Origin: an uncultured Gammaproteobacteria bacterium | GTDB taxonomy: Bacteria > Pseudomonadota > Gammaproteobacteria > JABCZS01 | Direction: 5' to 3' | NCBI GenBank assembly: GCA_963848305.1 | Contig: CAWKDC010000002.1 | Span: forward strand, 1-21,518 | Length of the DNA stretch: 21,518 nt | Part shown: one piece after another, positions 1-10,701 of the stretch | How the letters are laid out: every line of letters starts with the position of its first letter | Numbering within the stretch: position 1 is the first letter of the stretch | Made by a program: the position numbers and the translations under genes | Notes under the pieces: generated by a model | Told to the model about the DNA's origin: nothing | What the model saw: only the letters and a program-made list of their open reading frames with translations | Databases searched by the model: none

Positions 1-299
1 TAATCGAAAAATACGGGGTAAAGGTTGGCCATTTTGGGGCTTAGGCGTGACGGCCTGATTTCGAGAAATCCAAACCCCAAAACGGACAGTCCGGGAATAT
101 GATCACCATTTTTATCAAACCCGGCTGCCAAGCCTACGCGCGTCGGAAAATCAATGCCCATCACATGAACACCTTTCGACGGAGGATGCTTGATGGGTGG
201 CGCAAGACAGGCGAATTTATCTAATCCATCCAGCACTAAAGCATGCGCGCGTTCGGGAGGCAGTTGAAATAATAATGTACGAAAAAGGGAATAAATCAT
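1..299 (-). CDS. pyrD: Quinone-dependent dihydroorotate dehydrogenase, 5' part (runs off window start; apparent frameshift near 55-57)
   Basis: Not in the ORF track. Manual translation from ATG at 299 (GAGGT RBS just upstream) gives MIYSLFRTLLFQLPPERAH...VMGIDFPTRVGLAAGFDKNG...LGFGFLEI. After a frame change it continues VTPKPQNGQPLPRIFRL. PERAH, GLAAGFDKNG, GFGFxE and VTPxPQxGxPxPRxFRL are class 2 DHODH motifs. Confidence 0.93.
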   Translation of the reverse strand, partial: MIYSLFRTLLFQLPPERAHALVLDGLDKFACLAPPIKHPPSKGVHVMGIDFPTRVGLAAGFDKNGDHIPGLSVLGFGFLEIRPSRLSPKMANLYPVFFD

Positions 300-305
300 G
301 TGACC

Positions 306-3300
306 TCAAGCTTGTCCTAAACGTTGCAATTCACTCTGGCTCGCTTGAGCCAAATCCAAAAGCTCACGCAATGCCACTGCATACATCGTAAAATCCTGGG
401 AAGTACTCGCCCGCAAATCATTCAGCATAAAACGCCAACGATCGACAAGATCCTTTTGAGCAGATTCCCAGCTACTGATGCCTGAAGCAGCATCTTTAGT
501 TTGCTTGCAATAATACAAAATCGTCTCAGTGATGCTGCGCTGCTGCCTATCGACATCATCACGATAAGCAGCACGTGCCAATGCATCCCAATTGTCATTC
601 ACATCATGAGAAGCGATGCGTTGACGAAACCAATCTAAGTGCAAACGTGCACCCATCGAAAAGTAAACCATCGCAACATCATGAACCGGAATCTTGTGAA
701 TTAAAGAAGACTCAATGATATCCATGGATGACACCAGTGCTCGACAGCCTGCAATCGACTGCGCTAAAGCATGAGGGACACCTTCGGATTCGTAGGCTTG
801 AGTATTTTCATACAACATTTCAAGTTCTTCGCCCGCCAGCACATCCGCGAGATGATCAGACAACACTTTTACATGGGGCTTAAAAGCACTCACACATTCT
901 TGAATATCAATATTCACACGTCTATTGCGCAAAAACCAACGCGTTGCGCGCCGAACCAACCGAATCAATGACACCATCATGTCGTGCTGAACACTGGCAA
1001 CTACCGAGGTTCCTAAGGATTGGATCTGCGCCCACAAATCATTCATGTTAAATATATCAATCGCAACCAAATAACTTCTGGCCACCAAATCAGCATTTGC
1101 GCCAGCCTCATCATAAATACGTTTAACAAAAGTAGCGCCCATACGGTTGCAAATGGCATTCGCTAATTGGGTCGCAATGATTTCACGACGCAAGCGATGA
1201 TCTTGGAGCTGCTCAGGAAAATCATGACTGATTTTGACAGGAAATGCAGATTGTAAATAAGGAAGACAAGCGGGGTCATCCATTAACGCAGACTTCGACA
1301 ACTTGTATTTCAGATCAATTTTACTGTACGATAATAATATCGCAAGCTCAGGGCGAGTGAATCCAATTTTTTCAGCGCGACGACGCGTGATTTCTTTGTC
1401 TGTGGGCAGATATTCCAGTGCGCGATTCAAACGATCCGTTCGCTCCAAATCTAGCATAAACCGTACGTATTCATCAAATGTTTTGGCAGCACGCGATGCC
1501 GACAAACTCAATGCCTGTGTTTGTTCATCATTATCATTGAGAACCAATCGAGATACCTCGTCGGTCATCTCAACCAACAATTCATTCCGCTGCTTAAAAG
1601 TCATGTCGCCTTCAGCAACCATTTTATTCAATAAAATTTTGAGATTAACTTCATGATCAGAACAGTTCACACCGCCCGCATTATCGATAAAGTCTGTGAA
1701 CATGATGCCGCCAGCCAAAGAATACTCGATGCGGCCTAGCTGTGTGAAACCAAGATTCCCGCCCTCTCCTACCGCGCTACACGCAAGTTCATTTCCATTC
1801 ACACGGATCAAATCATTTGCGCGGTCTCCTACCTCAGCATGGGTTTCTGTTTCCGCTTTAACATATGTTCCAATACCGCCATTCCACAATAAATCAACTG
1901 GTGCCTTTAACATGGATTTCATCAGTTCATTTGGCGTCATTTCATTCTGACTGACATGTAACAATGCCTTAACTTCTGGAGACAATATGATCGATTTTAA
2001 TTGGCGCGAAAAAACACCGCCCCCTTTGGAAATCAATTCAACATTGTAATCAGACCATGCTGAACGAGGCAATTGAAAAAGTCGTTTGCGTTCTTCGAAA
2101 CTGATGATTGGATCTGGATTGGGATCAAGAAAAATATGTTGATGGTTGAATGCAGCTACCAATTTAATTTGTTTAGACAGCAGCATCCCATTACCAAAGA
2201 CATCACCAGACATGTCTCCGATGCCCATCACAGTGAATGGCTCATTTTGAATATCCTTGTTCAATTCACTGAAATGTTGTTTAACAGACTCCCATGCCCC
2301 TTTGGCTGTGATCCCCATTTTCTTGTGATCATAGCCATAACTACCACCCGATGCGAATGCATCGCCCAACCAAAATTGATATTCAGCAGCAACTTCATTT
2401 GCGACATCAGAAAATGTCGCTGTGCCCTTGTCAGCAGCCACAACCAAATAAGGGTCGTCTTCATCGCGACGCACCACTTGAGACGGAGGCACAATGTTAT
2501 CTCCATCACGATTATCCGTAATATCAAGCAAAGCACGCACAAAAGTTTTATAACAACGGATCCCTTCTTGCATCACCTCGTCACGACTGGCGTTTGTGGG
2601 GATTTGTTTTGGCACAAAACCACCTTTGGCACCTGCAGGCACGATAACTGCATTCTTGACTTGCTGTGCTTTCATCAGCCCTAATATTTCAGTGCGAAAA
2701 TCCTCGCGTCGATCCGACCAGCGCAAACCGCCACGCGCAACTTTTGTACCACGAAGGTGAACCCCTTCCACCCAAGGTGCATAAACAAAAATCTCGAATT
2801 CAGGATACGGCAAAGGCATGCCCGCAATTTCTTTGGGTGATACTTTAAAACTGATATAAGGTTTATCAGAACCCTCAGAGGTCTTTTGATAAAAATTGGT
2901 TCGCAATGTTGCTTTGATAGCAGAGAGGTAAGATCTTAAGATGCGATCTTCATCAAGGTTTGTGACAGCATCGATACCTTCAAGAATATCTTTTTCAATA
3001 CGCTTCTCATCACTCGATGAGCGCTTAAGATCGGGGTTAAAATACAACTGAAACAATGAAACCAACAAATGCACAATGACAGGGTATTTTGTCAATGTAC
3101 GCTCGATATATTGTTGACTAAAATGAACGCCGATCTGACGAAAATATTTTGCATAGGCACGTAAAATAGCTGTTTCACGCCAATTTAAATTGGCATAAAC
3201 AACCAAAGCATTGAAACCATCATTTTCAGCATCACCATGCCAAGTCCGAGAAAAGGCATCTTGAAAGTGCTCTCGCATATCATCTATGTCAACTTGAACG

Positions 3301-5129
3301 CCATCGCGAGGGCTGAGCACGAATTCGTTGATCCAAATCGATTCATGTTGCTTCAAATGAATATGGTTCGCATGTTCACCCAGTACTTTGAAACCCATAT
3401 TTTCGAGCAGCGGCAATACATCTGAAAGGGGAATCGCTTGCGTCATTAAAAATGTTTTAAAGTGCACATGCCCATTGGTAGGATCGATGGGTTTGTACAA
3501 ACTCATGCCAATGTCTTCAGGAGAATGTAACGCCTCCATATGCTGAATATCATCGACGGCAGAACGTGGTGAATATGCTTCACGGTACCCCGCATGGAAA
3601 GCATCTTTATACTTTTCAAAGAGATCGATCCCTCGTGCCTCGCCGTAATGTTCTACCAACGCATCGTAAAGTGTATCAACCCAGGTCCGACTTGCATCAA
3701 CCAGCATTTTTTCGAGCAGTTGCGGATCATAGGGTTTGATTTTTGCTTTTGGATCAAGTGTGATGATCAGCAATGTTGATGCCAAGATAGATTCCGAGAA
3801 ACGAGAAGTGAATTCAACGCTCACTCCACCTAACTCATGCATTAAAATTTGACTCAATTTCTCACGTAGCTGAGAACTGAATCTATCTCTGGGGACATAA
3901 ATCAAACATGAAAAATAGCGGTTTCGATAATCTTGACGGATAAATAAACGTACACGCGCCCTTTCGTGTAAATGCATGATCCCCATGACAATGTCGAATA
4001 AATCTTTTTCATTGCTTTGAAAAAGCTCGTCGCGAGGATAAGTTTCCATAATGTTTAACAACGTGCGACTATCATGATCTCCCTTGGCATACCCAGACTT
4101 AGCCAAAATATTATTCACTTTATTTCGAATATAAGGGATTTGATCGGGGTGGCAATAATAGGCTGTTGAGGTAAACAAACCATAAAAATGACGTTCCCCT
4201 ATATGTTTTCCAGAGGCATCAAACAGTTTGACTGCAATCCGATAGGGACGAGAGGGACGGTGAACAGTCGAAATCACCATGAGCTGTTGCATATCGACCA
4301 GGGAATGATCCTCGAAACGTGCAGTCGCATCAATGGCTTGATATTTACTCTGACATAATCCTAAAAAAGTCGAGGGTATCAATGTGAGCTTCTTCTCGAC
4401 AAACAAATAATCACATACCCCTAAATAAGTGAAATGATCATCCTGAAGCCAGGACAATAATGCAATGGCCTCTTCACGTTCAGCATCGGATGCTTTATCC
4501 AATGGGTTTTTCAAGGAATCTATTGATTCACGACAAGCATCCATCATGGGTTTCCATGCTGCAACTGCTTCGTTTACATCAGCGAGCACTGATTCAATGC
4601 GCTGTTTCAGTGTTTTCAATTCTTCTTCTGTCGATAACCGATTTATTTCAAAGTAAATAGACATTTTTTGTTGCGTTTTATCAGAACGGCCTGCTGGCTC
4701 AAAACCAGTAATGTTTTGAAATTGATCATATTTTAAAATGACTGGCCCAGGCGCAACCATAAGGTAGATGATATGAGCCTCACTCAAAGCCATGCGCAAT
4801 GAATCTAATACAAAAGGCTTTGAGGGCATCGCAATTTCAATGATCGTATGTTTCGATTGCCATCCATTATTTTCGTGATTAGGATTGAAAACAAAAATGG
4901 ATTGTTCATCAGTGGTTTTTCTTCCTGAAAGGCAACGCCAGGATGAAGCTGCAGCACCATAAAGATCAGGGATCGTACGCTCAGATAAGTCTTGATCAGA
5001 AACTTTTGCGTAAAAAAACTGAATAAAGTTCTTTAATAAATCTGCCTTCTCCTTCGGTAATGACTTCTCGACCAAGGCGACTACCTGTGCGATGATTTCT
5101 TTCTGTCTTTCTATGCTGTAATAAGCCAT
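306..5129 (-). CDS. gdhB: Large (~180 kDa subunit) NAD-specific glutamate dehydrogenase
   Basis: 1607-aa intact ORF with large-GDH motifs: GVHLRG..VARGGLRWSDRREDFRTEILGLMKAQQVKNAVIVP.GAKGGF, DDPYLVVAADKGTATFSD, GYDHKKMGITAKGAWESV, GIGDMSGDVFGNGML, DFIDNAGGVNCSDHEVNLKI. Confidence 0.96.
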   Translation of the reverse strand: MAYYSIERQKEIIAQVVALVEKSLPKEKADLLKNFIQFFYAKVSDQDLSERTIPDLYGAAASSWRCLSGRKTTDEQSIFVFNPNHENNGWQSKHTIIEIAMPSKPFVLDSLRMALSEAHIIYLMVAPGPVILKYDQFQNITGFEPAGRSDKTQQKMSIYFEINRLSTEEELKTLKQRIESVLADVNEAVAAWKPMMDACRESIDSLKNPLDKASDAEREEAIALLSWLQDDHFTYLGVCDYLFVEKKLTLIPSTFLGLCQSKYQAIDATARFEDHSLVDMQQLMVISTVHRPSRPYRIAVKLFDASGKHIGERHFYGLFTSTAYYCHPDQIPYIRNKVNNILAKSGYAKGDHDSRTLLNIMETYPRDELFQSNEKDLFDIVMGIMHLHERARVRLFIRQDYRNRYFSCLIYVPRDRFSSQLREKLSQILMHELGGVSVEFTSRFSESILASTLLIITLDPKAKIKPYDPQLLEKMLVDASRTWVDTLYDALVEHYGEARGIDLFEKYKDAFHAGYREAYSPRSAVDDIQHMEALHSPEDIGMSLYKPIDPTNGHVHFKTFLMTQAIPLSDVLPLLENMGFKVLGEHANHIHLKQHESIWINEFVLSPRDGVQVDIDDMREHFQDAFSRTWHGDAENDGFNALVVYANLNWRETAILRAYAKYFRQIGVHFSQQYIERTLTKYPVIVHLLVSLFQLYFNPDLKRSSSDEKRIEKDILEGIDAVTNLDEDRILRSYLSAIKATLRTNFYQKTSEGSDKPYISFKVSPKEIAGMPLPYPEFEIFVYAPWVEGVHLRGTKVARGGLRWSDRREDFRTEILGLMKAQQVKNAVIVPAGAKGGFVPKQIPTNASRDEVMQEGIRCYKTFVRALLDITDNRDGDNIVPPSQVVRRDEDDPYLVVAADKGTATFSDVANEVAAEYQFWLGDAFASGGSYGYDHKKMGITAKGAWESVKQHFSELNKDIQNEPFTVMGIGDMSGDVFGNGMLLSKQIKLVAAFNHQHIFLDPNPDPIISFEERKRLFQLPRSAWSDYNVELISKGGGVFSRQLKSIILSPEVKALLHVSQNEMTPNELMKSMLKAPVDLLWNGGIGTYVKAETETHAEVGDRANDLIRVNGNELACSAVGEGGNLGFTQLGRIEYSLAGGIMFTDFIDNAGGVNCSDHEVNLKILLNKMVAEGDMTFKQRNELLVEMTDEVSRLVLNDNDEQTQALSLSASRAAKTFDEYVRFMLDLERTDRLNRALEYLPTDKEITRRRAEKIGFTRPELAILLSYSKIDLKYKLSKSALMDDPACLPYLQSAFPVKISHDFPEQLQDHRLRREIIATQLANAICNRMGATFVKRIYDEAGANADLVARSYLVAIDIFNMNDLWAQIQSLGTSVVASVQHDMMVSLIRLVRRATRWFLRNRRVNIDIQECVSAFKPHVKVLSDHLADVLAGEELEMLYENTQAYESEGVPHALAQSIAGCRALVSSMDIIESSLIHKIPVHDVAMVYFSMGARLHLDWFRQRIASHDVNDNWDALARAAYRDDVDRQQRSITETILYYCKQTKDAASGISSWESAQKDLVDRWRFMLNDLRASTSQDFTMYAVALRELLDLAQASQSELQRLGQA

Positions 5130-5144
5130 GATAATTCACCCTCG

Positions 5145-7754
5145 CTACATACTTTTAGAGACAATTTCAAATAAATCACTCGATATACCTTTTCGGGACA
5201 ATATCTCTGACAATGCTGCTCGCATCAACGATGCCCTGCCTTCATCAAACCGGCGATGTTGTATCAAGGGTTTAACCACACGCGCAGCAACTTGTGGATT
5301 AATGGCATCTAATGAGATCACTGCATCACGTATGAAGGCGTACCCTGCTCCATCAGCTCTGTGAAATTGAGCAAGATTTTGAGCACCAAATGCACCAAAC
5401 AGACTGTACGCTTTATTGGGGTTTTTGATATTAAATGCAGGGCTTTGAGATAATATGATCAGCTCCTCAATCACATCAGGTCTATTCGAGGTTGCTTGCA
5501 AAGAAAACCATTTATCCATCACCAAATGATTTGATTTAAAACGCTGGTAAAAATCCTCAAGACAGCTCTCACGTTCCATCCCTGTGACATCGCGAAGTGC
5601 GCGTAAGGCGCCCATGGTTTCGGTCATGTTAACATGTTTATCGTACTGGGCTTTTGCAAATGACAGTGCTTCTTTTTCGCCACTCGCTACCAAATAATCC
5701 AAACATACTTGTCGTAAAGCGCGTTTACCTGAATTGTCGGATGAAAAATCGGAATCAATGTCACTTAACGCCAAATAATATTGCTTAAAGTTTTGATACA
5801 ATGATTGAGCAAGAAATTGTTTTGTATGGGTTCTCCATTTCACAATCCCGTAAACATTGACTGGTGTTCTCGCTTCAGCAAAGAATAACTCGCTGGGCAA
5901 TGTTAATAAATGCGCTGTCATAGCATGATCATGCGATTCGGCTTGCAAAACAGAAGACATAAACCATGATAAACGTACTGGCTCAAGCGTATCACCCATA
6001 TGGATGGTTTCAAAACATTCATGCAAACATAATTTATTAAATGCCAATGTACGAGCACAGGGATCAGTATCATGCGTGGCAATGAAAAACCATTCTTCTG
6101 GAGAATCCTGAATATCCATTTTAACCGGTGCTGAAAAACCACGGAATAATGATGGAAACACTTTTCCGGGGATATCATCAATACGCACGGTTGCTTCGGC
6201 ACTGGTCAATGAATAAACCTGTTCAATAGCTTTATCGTTGCCTTGCAATGCGAAAGGAATCAGCGCACCTTGTTCATTCAGTAGTGCGATACGAACGGGA
6301 ATGTGCAGCGGGACTTTCACAGCCTGATCTGCGGTTGGCGGCGTGGTTTGTGCAAAATGAAGCAACAGTGACTGATCGTTCTGATCCTTTTCGTAACGAA
6401 CAGACACCTGTGGTGTACCGGATTGAGAATACCAAAGACGAAATTGTGTTAAGTCAATTGGTGTATGCATTTGCATCACATTGACGAAGTCATCAACAGT
6501 GACCGCTTGTCCATCAAATCGTGCAAAATAATCATCACACGCTGCACGATAAGATGCTGACCCAAGCAAAGTATGCAGCATGCGAATAACTTCAGCACCT
6601 TTTTCATACACAGTCGACGTATAAAAATTATTCATTTCGATGTATGAATCAGGCCGCACGGGATGGGACATCGGGCTGGCATCTTCTGCAAACTGGCTCG
6701 TCTGAATACGCAACATTTCATCGATACGACAAATGCCTGCAGATGTTTTATCTGCCCCAAATGATTGATCACGGAAAACCGTAAAACCTTCTTTGAGGCT
6801 CAGTTGAAACCAATCGCGCAGGGTGACGCGATTACCAGACCAATTATGAAAATATTCATGGGCAACGACTTGCAGAATATGTTGATAATCCCAATCCGTA
6901 GCAACATCCGAATGAGCCAAAATATATTTATCATTGAAAATATTCAAGCCTTTATTTTCCATGGCGCCCATGTTGAAATCACTGACGGCGACGATCATGT
7001 AAATATCCAAATCATATTCACGACCGTAAACAACTTCATCCCAGCGCATCGCTTCTTTTAAAGCAAACATGGCAAAAGCTGATTTGCCTTGATTTCGTTT
7101 TTCGACAAATATTTGCAGCAAGACTTTTCGACCACTTTGGGTGATAAAAATATCTTCATCACAATGAAAATCACCTGCGACCAAAGCAAATAAATAACTG
7201 GGTTTTTTAAAAGGATCTTCCCACATCACAAAATGACGACCATCATTGAGCGCACCGGCATCAATACGATTACCGTTTGATAACAATTGAGGATATTTCG
7301 CACGATCTGCTTCAATGCGTACTGTGAATAATGATAAATTATCAGGCCTGTCTATAAAATAAGTGATGCGCCGAAAACCATGCGATTCGCACTGGGTGCA
7401 ATACGCATTCGCAGACGCATATAAACCTGTTAAAGCAGTGTTTTCAAAGGGCTTAATGGAAACGCTGATCGCGACTTCACAAGATTCGGGCACATCATGG
7501 ATTGTCAACGTATATTGATCTTGTCTTAATTGCTCTGCTGTTAAAGGATCACCATTGATTGATACGCTTAATAGCGTCAGCTGTTCACCATCGAGCACCA
7601 AGGGTGCATTTGGAAAATATCCAGGGCCACGCACAATAAACAACTGCGAATCGACTTGAGTATGATCCTCAAACAACTGAAAACGCAAAGTAACTTTGTG
7701 GATGGTGTAGGCAGGTGCCTGATAATCTTTTAAATAAATAGGTGTTCTATTCAA
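5145..7754 (-). CDS. pepN: Aminopeptidase N (M1 family)
   Basis: 869-aa ORF with GAMEN motif (FNMGAMENKGLNIFN) and zinc motif HEYFHNWSGNRVT...LKEG (HExxH-x18-E), plus CTQCESHGFRRIT and MNNFYTSTVYEKGAEV. TTG start overlaps the upstream TGA stop (TTGA, 7751-7754). Confidence 0.97.
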   Translation of the reverse strand: MNRTPIYLKDYQAPAYTIHKVTLRFQLFEDHTQVDSQLFIVRGPGYFPNAPLVLDGEQLTLLSVSINGDPLTAEQLRQDQYTLTIHDVPESCEVAISVSIKPFENTALTGLYASANAYCTQCESHGFRRITYFIDRPDNLSLFTVRIEADRAKYPQLLSNGNRIDAGALNDGRHFVMWEDPFKKPSYLFALVAGDFHCDEDIFITQSGRKVLLQIFVEKRNQGKSAFAMFALKEAMRWDEVVYGREYDLDIYMIVAVSDFNMGAMENKGLNIFNDKYILAHSDVATDWDYQHILQVVAHEYFHNWSGNRVTLRDWFQLSLKEGFTVFRDQSFGADKTSAGICRIDEMLRIQTSQFAEDASPMSHPVRPDSYIEMNNFYTSTVYEKGAEVIRMLHTLLGSASYRAACDDYFARFDGQAVTVDDFVNVMQMHTPIDLTQFRLWYSQSGTPQVSVRYEKDQNDQSLLLHFAQTTPPTADQAVKVPLHIPVRIALLNEQGALIPFALQGNDKAIEQVYSLTSAEATVRIDDIPGKVFPSLFRGFSAPVKMDIQDSPEEWFFIATHDTDPCARTLAFNKLCLHECFETIHMGDTLEPVRLSWFMSSVLQAESHDHAMTAHLLTLPSELFFAEARTPVNVYGIVKWRTHTKQFLAQSLYQNFKQYYLALSDIDSDFSSDNSGKRALRQVCLDYLVASGEKEALSFAKAQYDKHVNMTETMGALRALRDVTGMERESCLEDFYQRFKSNHLVMDKWFSLQATSNRPDVIEELIILSQSPAFNIKNPNKAYSLFGAFGAQNLAQFHRADGAGYAFIRDAVISLDAINPQVAARVVKPLIQHRRFDEGRASLMRAALSEILSRKGISSDLFEIVSKSM

Positions 7755-9128
7755 TTCAATTGGCTCATCAAAATTTCAGCGGACATGATTTGTGAAGGAT
7801 TTCCTTCTTGAATGACCTCTGATAAAATGTCTTGTGCACTTGCTTTATCGCCAATATCGATGTAAGCACGTGCCAGATCCAGCTTTGTCTGAACAGGATC
7901 CGAAGGAGGGTCTCCTTCGTATACGTCGGGCTTACGCTCGTGCGAAACGCGAGCAACGGTTTGTGTTTTCGTGACCGGAGCAACAACCACGGCAGGTTTA
8001 GCGAATATATACTCAAACGCATACATCAATAAAGAAGCGATTCCAATCGCTATGACGATTAAAATGATGTGGTCTTGGGTTGTCGTGGCTGAAAATGACG
8101 GCAGCTTCATACCAACACCTTGGCCAATCTCACCCACGCGTCCTTCTCGCAGTGCAACCAGTTCGGTCAACGCACGCAATTGAACTTGCATATCATTCAA
8201 TTGACTCTCAAGCGCTTGCTTGGCTTTTCGCTCAAGATCAATCGCTTCACGTGCACTTCTTAATTCTTCTTGCATCGTGCTGATCAGTTTAACAAAGGCG
8301 GTATCTTCCGCGCCCAACACAGAATTCAATGTACTGGTAAACAAGGCTGTATTGGCATCCGTGAGGGGATTCAGAAGTTTCAGTGCTGGCACGCCCGGTA
8401 TGGTATTTGGAAAATTCATGGCCACTTGCTTTCCATCAGCAATCTCTGGAAAAGAAGGGATCTCGGTCTTTGCTTCATCAGTGACAGCAACGCCTACTTT
8501 CTCACGCGGATGCGTGATGACATCAGTCGGTTTAAAACGGATGGCAGCATGCTTTGGTTTTAAGGTTTGACCGATGGTTGCCGGTAACTTCAAATAGCTA
8601 CCCGCCATCAATTGATTTTCATTTCCTTTTGCAAAGGCTTTTTTATTGTGTTCATACAAGGCGGCCATGGATTGATCAAGCGTGATCTGATAATGTTTGG
8701 CAAACGTTGAAGCCACATGCCACAAGGTATCACCCGATTTGACAGGACCATAAACGAAAGGTTTCTGTTTAGACACTTTGGGTTCGGCTTGTTTCGGCAA
8801 AGTCAATTCATATTGATACTCATTGTTTTCTGTGAGATTGCTGATTTGAACTGTCATCGCCAGTGTCTGTAACGAAACCGGAGATTTAGAAGACAGGCGG
8901 ATTTGCGGTGATGAGCACTTCCGATAATACGAATGTGAGGTCATCAACCGGCGGAGTGGTGGCAATGATCGCAACCGACAGATCTTCTATTGATTCATCT
9001 TGCCCTAGCATAATCGGAATCTTTGCAGCGATAGGCTCGCCAACACGAGACGTCAGAGCGATAGAACCCAATTCGACCGCTTGCGCGGTTGACCATATCA
9101 ATAACCCAACGGTGAGGATTTGTTTCAT
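7751..9128 (-). CDS. fimV: FimV/HubP-like polar landmark protein (signal peptide, LysM, coiled coil, TM, FimV C-terminal domain); apparent frameshift near 8910-8925
   Basis: ATG at 9128 after a GGAGGGAG RBS. N-terminus MKQILTVGLLIWSTAQA/VELGSIALTSRVGEPIAAKIP resembles the FimV N-terminus. It joins the frame of ORF 7751..8974, which has LysM YGPVKSGDTLWHVA...ALYEHNKKAF..GNENQLMAGSYLKLP, a coiled coil, TM segment IILIVIAIGIASLLMYAF and C-terminal TKLDLARAYIDIGD...AQDILSEVIQEG. Confidence 0.85.
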
Positions 9129-9201
9129 GAGTGTGCTCCCTCCTGCCATTATCCTTGTTACCCCTCACCTATTATAGATAATATCGCGCCATATGCCATG
9201 T

Positions 9202-10133
9202 TCATGTGGATAAATGTTGCGCAGAGATAGCGAAAACCCCCTCTCCGCCATTTTCAAAGGTCAACCATTCACCTTTAAAGTGTGGGAAACGGGCTTCAAA
9301 GGCTTCCTGGGCTTCACCCAGCTCCAAAATCAAAAAACCATTCGGTTTTAAATAGGCTGCAGCCTGATCCAAAATAGGAATGACACAGTCCAAACCTTCT
9401 TCCCCAGCCACAAATGCCCGCTCGGGTTCGGCCATGTACTCCTCTGGCAACGCTTCAAATGAAGCCCGTGGGACGTAAGGCGGATTGGCCAAAATAAAAT
9501 CGTATTGATGTTCACGGGGCAATGATTCGAAAAGGTCTGACTGAATAAGGTGAACGCGATCTTCCAGTTCATAGGCTTCTACGTTGATGGCCGCGACAGC
9601 CAAGGCATCTTCATCGATATCCACAGCATCGACATCAATATCATCAAATGTCAAGGCGACAGCAATGGCGATGCAACCGCTGCCAGTGCACAAATCCAAG
9701 GCACGCGTGGGATGTTCCGTCTTTAACCAGGGCTTAAAACGGTTTTCGATCAATTCACCAATTGGGGAACGTGGCACAATCACGCGTTCATCCACATAAA
9801 ATGGGAAGCCACAGAAATAGGCATTATTCGTAATGTAGGCCACTGGCAAACATTCATTGACGCGTCGGGTGATGGCTGTGATCAGATCCTCTCGCTCAGA
9901 ACGGGTTAATTTGGCATCAAAGAATTCGTCATCGAGATCAAACGGCAAATCAAGACGTTGCCAGATAAGGCTGCGGGCAGCTCATCCCAAGCATTGTCCG
10001 TCCCATGCCCATAGTATAACTCTGCTTTTTCGCATTGACTGACGCCCCAGCGCAAGATATCACGGATGGTTGAAAGCTCATCAACAGCTTCAGTAGATAA
10101 CGTGGGGGTAATTTGGTAGGCATCTTCAAGCAT
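9202..10133 (-). CDS. prmB: 50S ribosomal protein L3 N5-glutamine methyltransferase; apparent 2-nt insertion near 9979-9980
   Basis: ATG at 10133 after AGGAG. N-terminal part [13 protein letters not shown]...[13 protein letters not shown] joins [14 protein letters not shown] and ORF 9202..9948, which has [43 protein letters not shown] and [15 protein letters not shown] and PRSPIGELI distinguish PrmB from PrmC. Confidence 0.93.
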
Positions 10134-10390
10134 GTCGGACTCCTGGATTGAACGAGAGACATTCTCGCACATAAAGGGATTTGCGGCAATAATGGAAATC
10201 TTGTCACCACTTCACGTTAAACATATCGTGACAAGTTTGATGGCCAATATCGCCTGCGCTATTACTTATGTTACTGTAGGTGTATGCCATCGCGACTGAA
10301 GCAGCTGCTGCCACAGGAGAACGTTAATGCGCACTATTCGTGTTTATGCTGAATTCAACAACGGCATGGTCGGTATTCTCACACAAATAT

Positions 10391-10437
10391 TAGTCCACAG
10401 CAAATCGGGATAAGTCTGTGGATAATGTTGTGCATTC
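10391..10437. promoter_or_regulatory. DnaA-box cluster with DARS-like arrangement
   Basis: TAGTCCACA (10391-10399), 5 bp, TCGGGATAA (10405-10413), 3 bp, perfect TGTGGATAA (10417-10425), 3 bp, TGTGCATTC (10429-10437). One forward box is followed by three tandem reverse boxes. The first three boxes are reproduced exactly in the mirror arm (18794-18828). Confidence 0.65.
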
Positions 10438-10701
10438 CCTAGGATAAGGACATTAAAGTCTTAAAATACAGCGAGTTGAGTTTGCTGTGTATTTTTTGAA
10501 CAAATCATTAGTTCTGTCGGTTTAGTTGAATATTTGAGGCCCAAGGATATTTATCAAAACTGCTTGTACATCGCTTGAAAGCATCTCCCTTGAGTGCGTG
10601 GCTCGAAGCGTAGGCAGGGTGCTTTGTGATGCTGTGTCATTTGAATAAATGGCTGAAAGACCTTGAGCCATGAAGTGTCGCTCCATGCATTTTGAAAAAC
10701 A

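Noticed and set aside
4240-4330. Possibly shortened segment in GdhB before STVHRP
   Set aside because: It looks a few residues short relative to recalled homologues, but it is in frame and cannot be separated from ordinary divergence or read error without an alignment.
197-9177. Short antisense and off-frame ORFs overlapping gdhB, pepN and fimV
   Set aside because: Shadow ORFs of long, well-supported genes, with no recognisable motifs.
9205-9213. Isolated perfect DnaA box TGTGGATAA
   Set aside because: Single copy inside the last codons of prmB, so chance occurrence cannot be excluded.
10140-10700. oriC
   Set aside because: Only one perfect DnaA box, no evident repeated AT-rich unwinding element or GATC cluster, and no dnaA/mnmG/parAB neighbours in the window.
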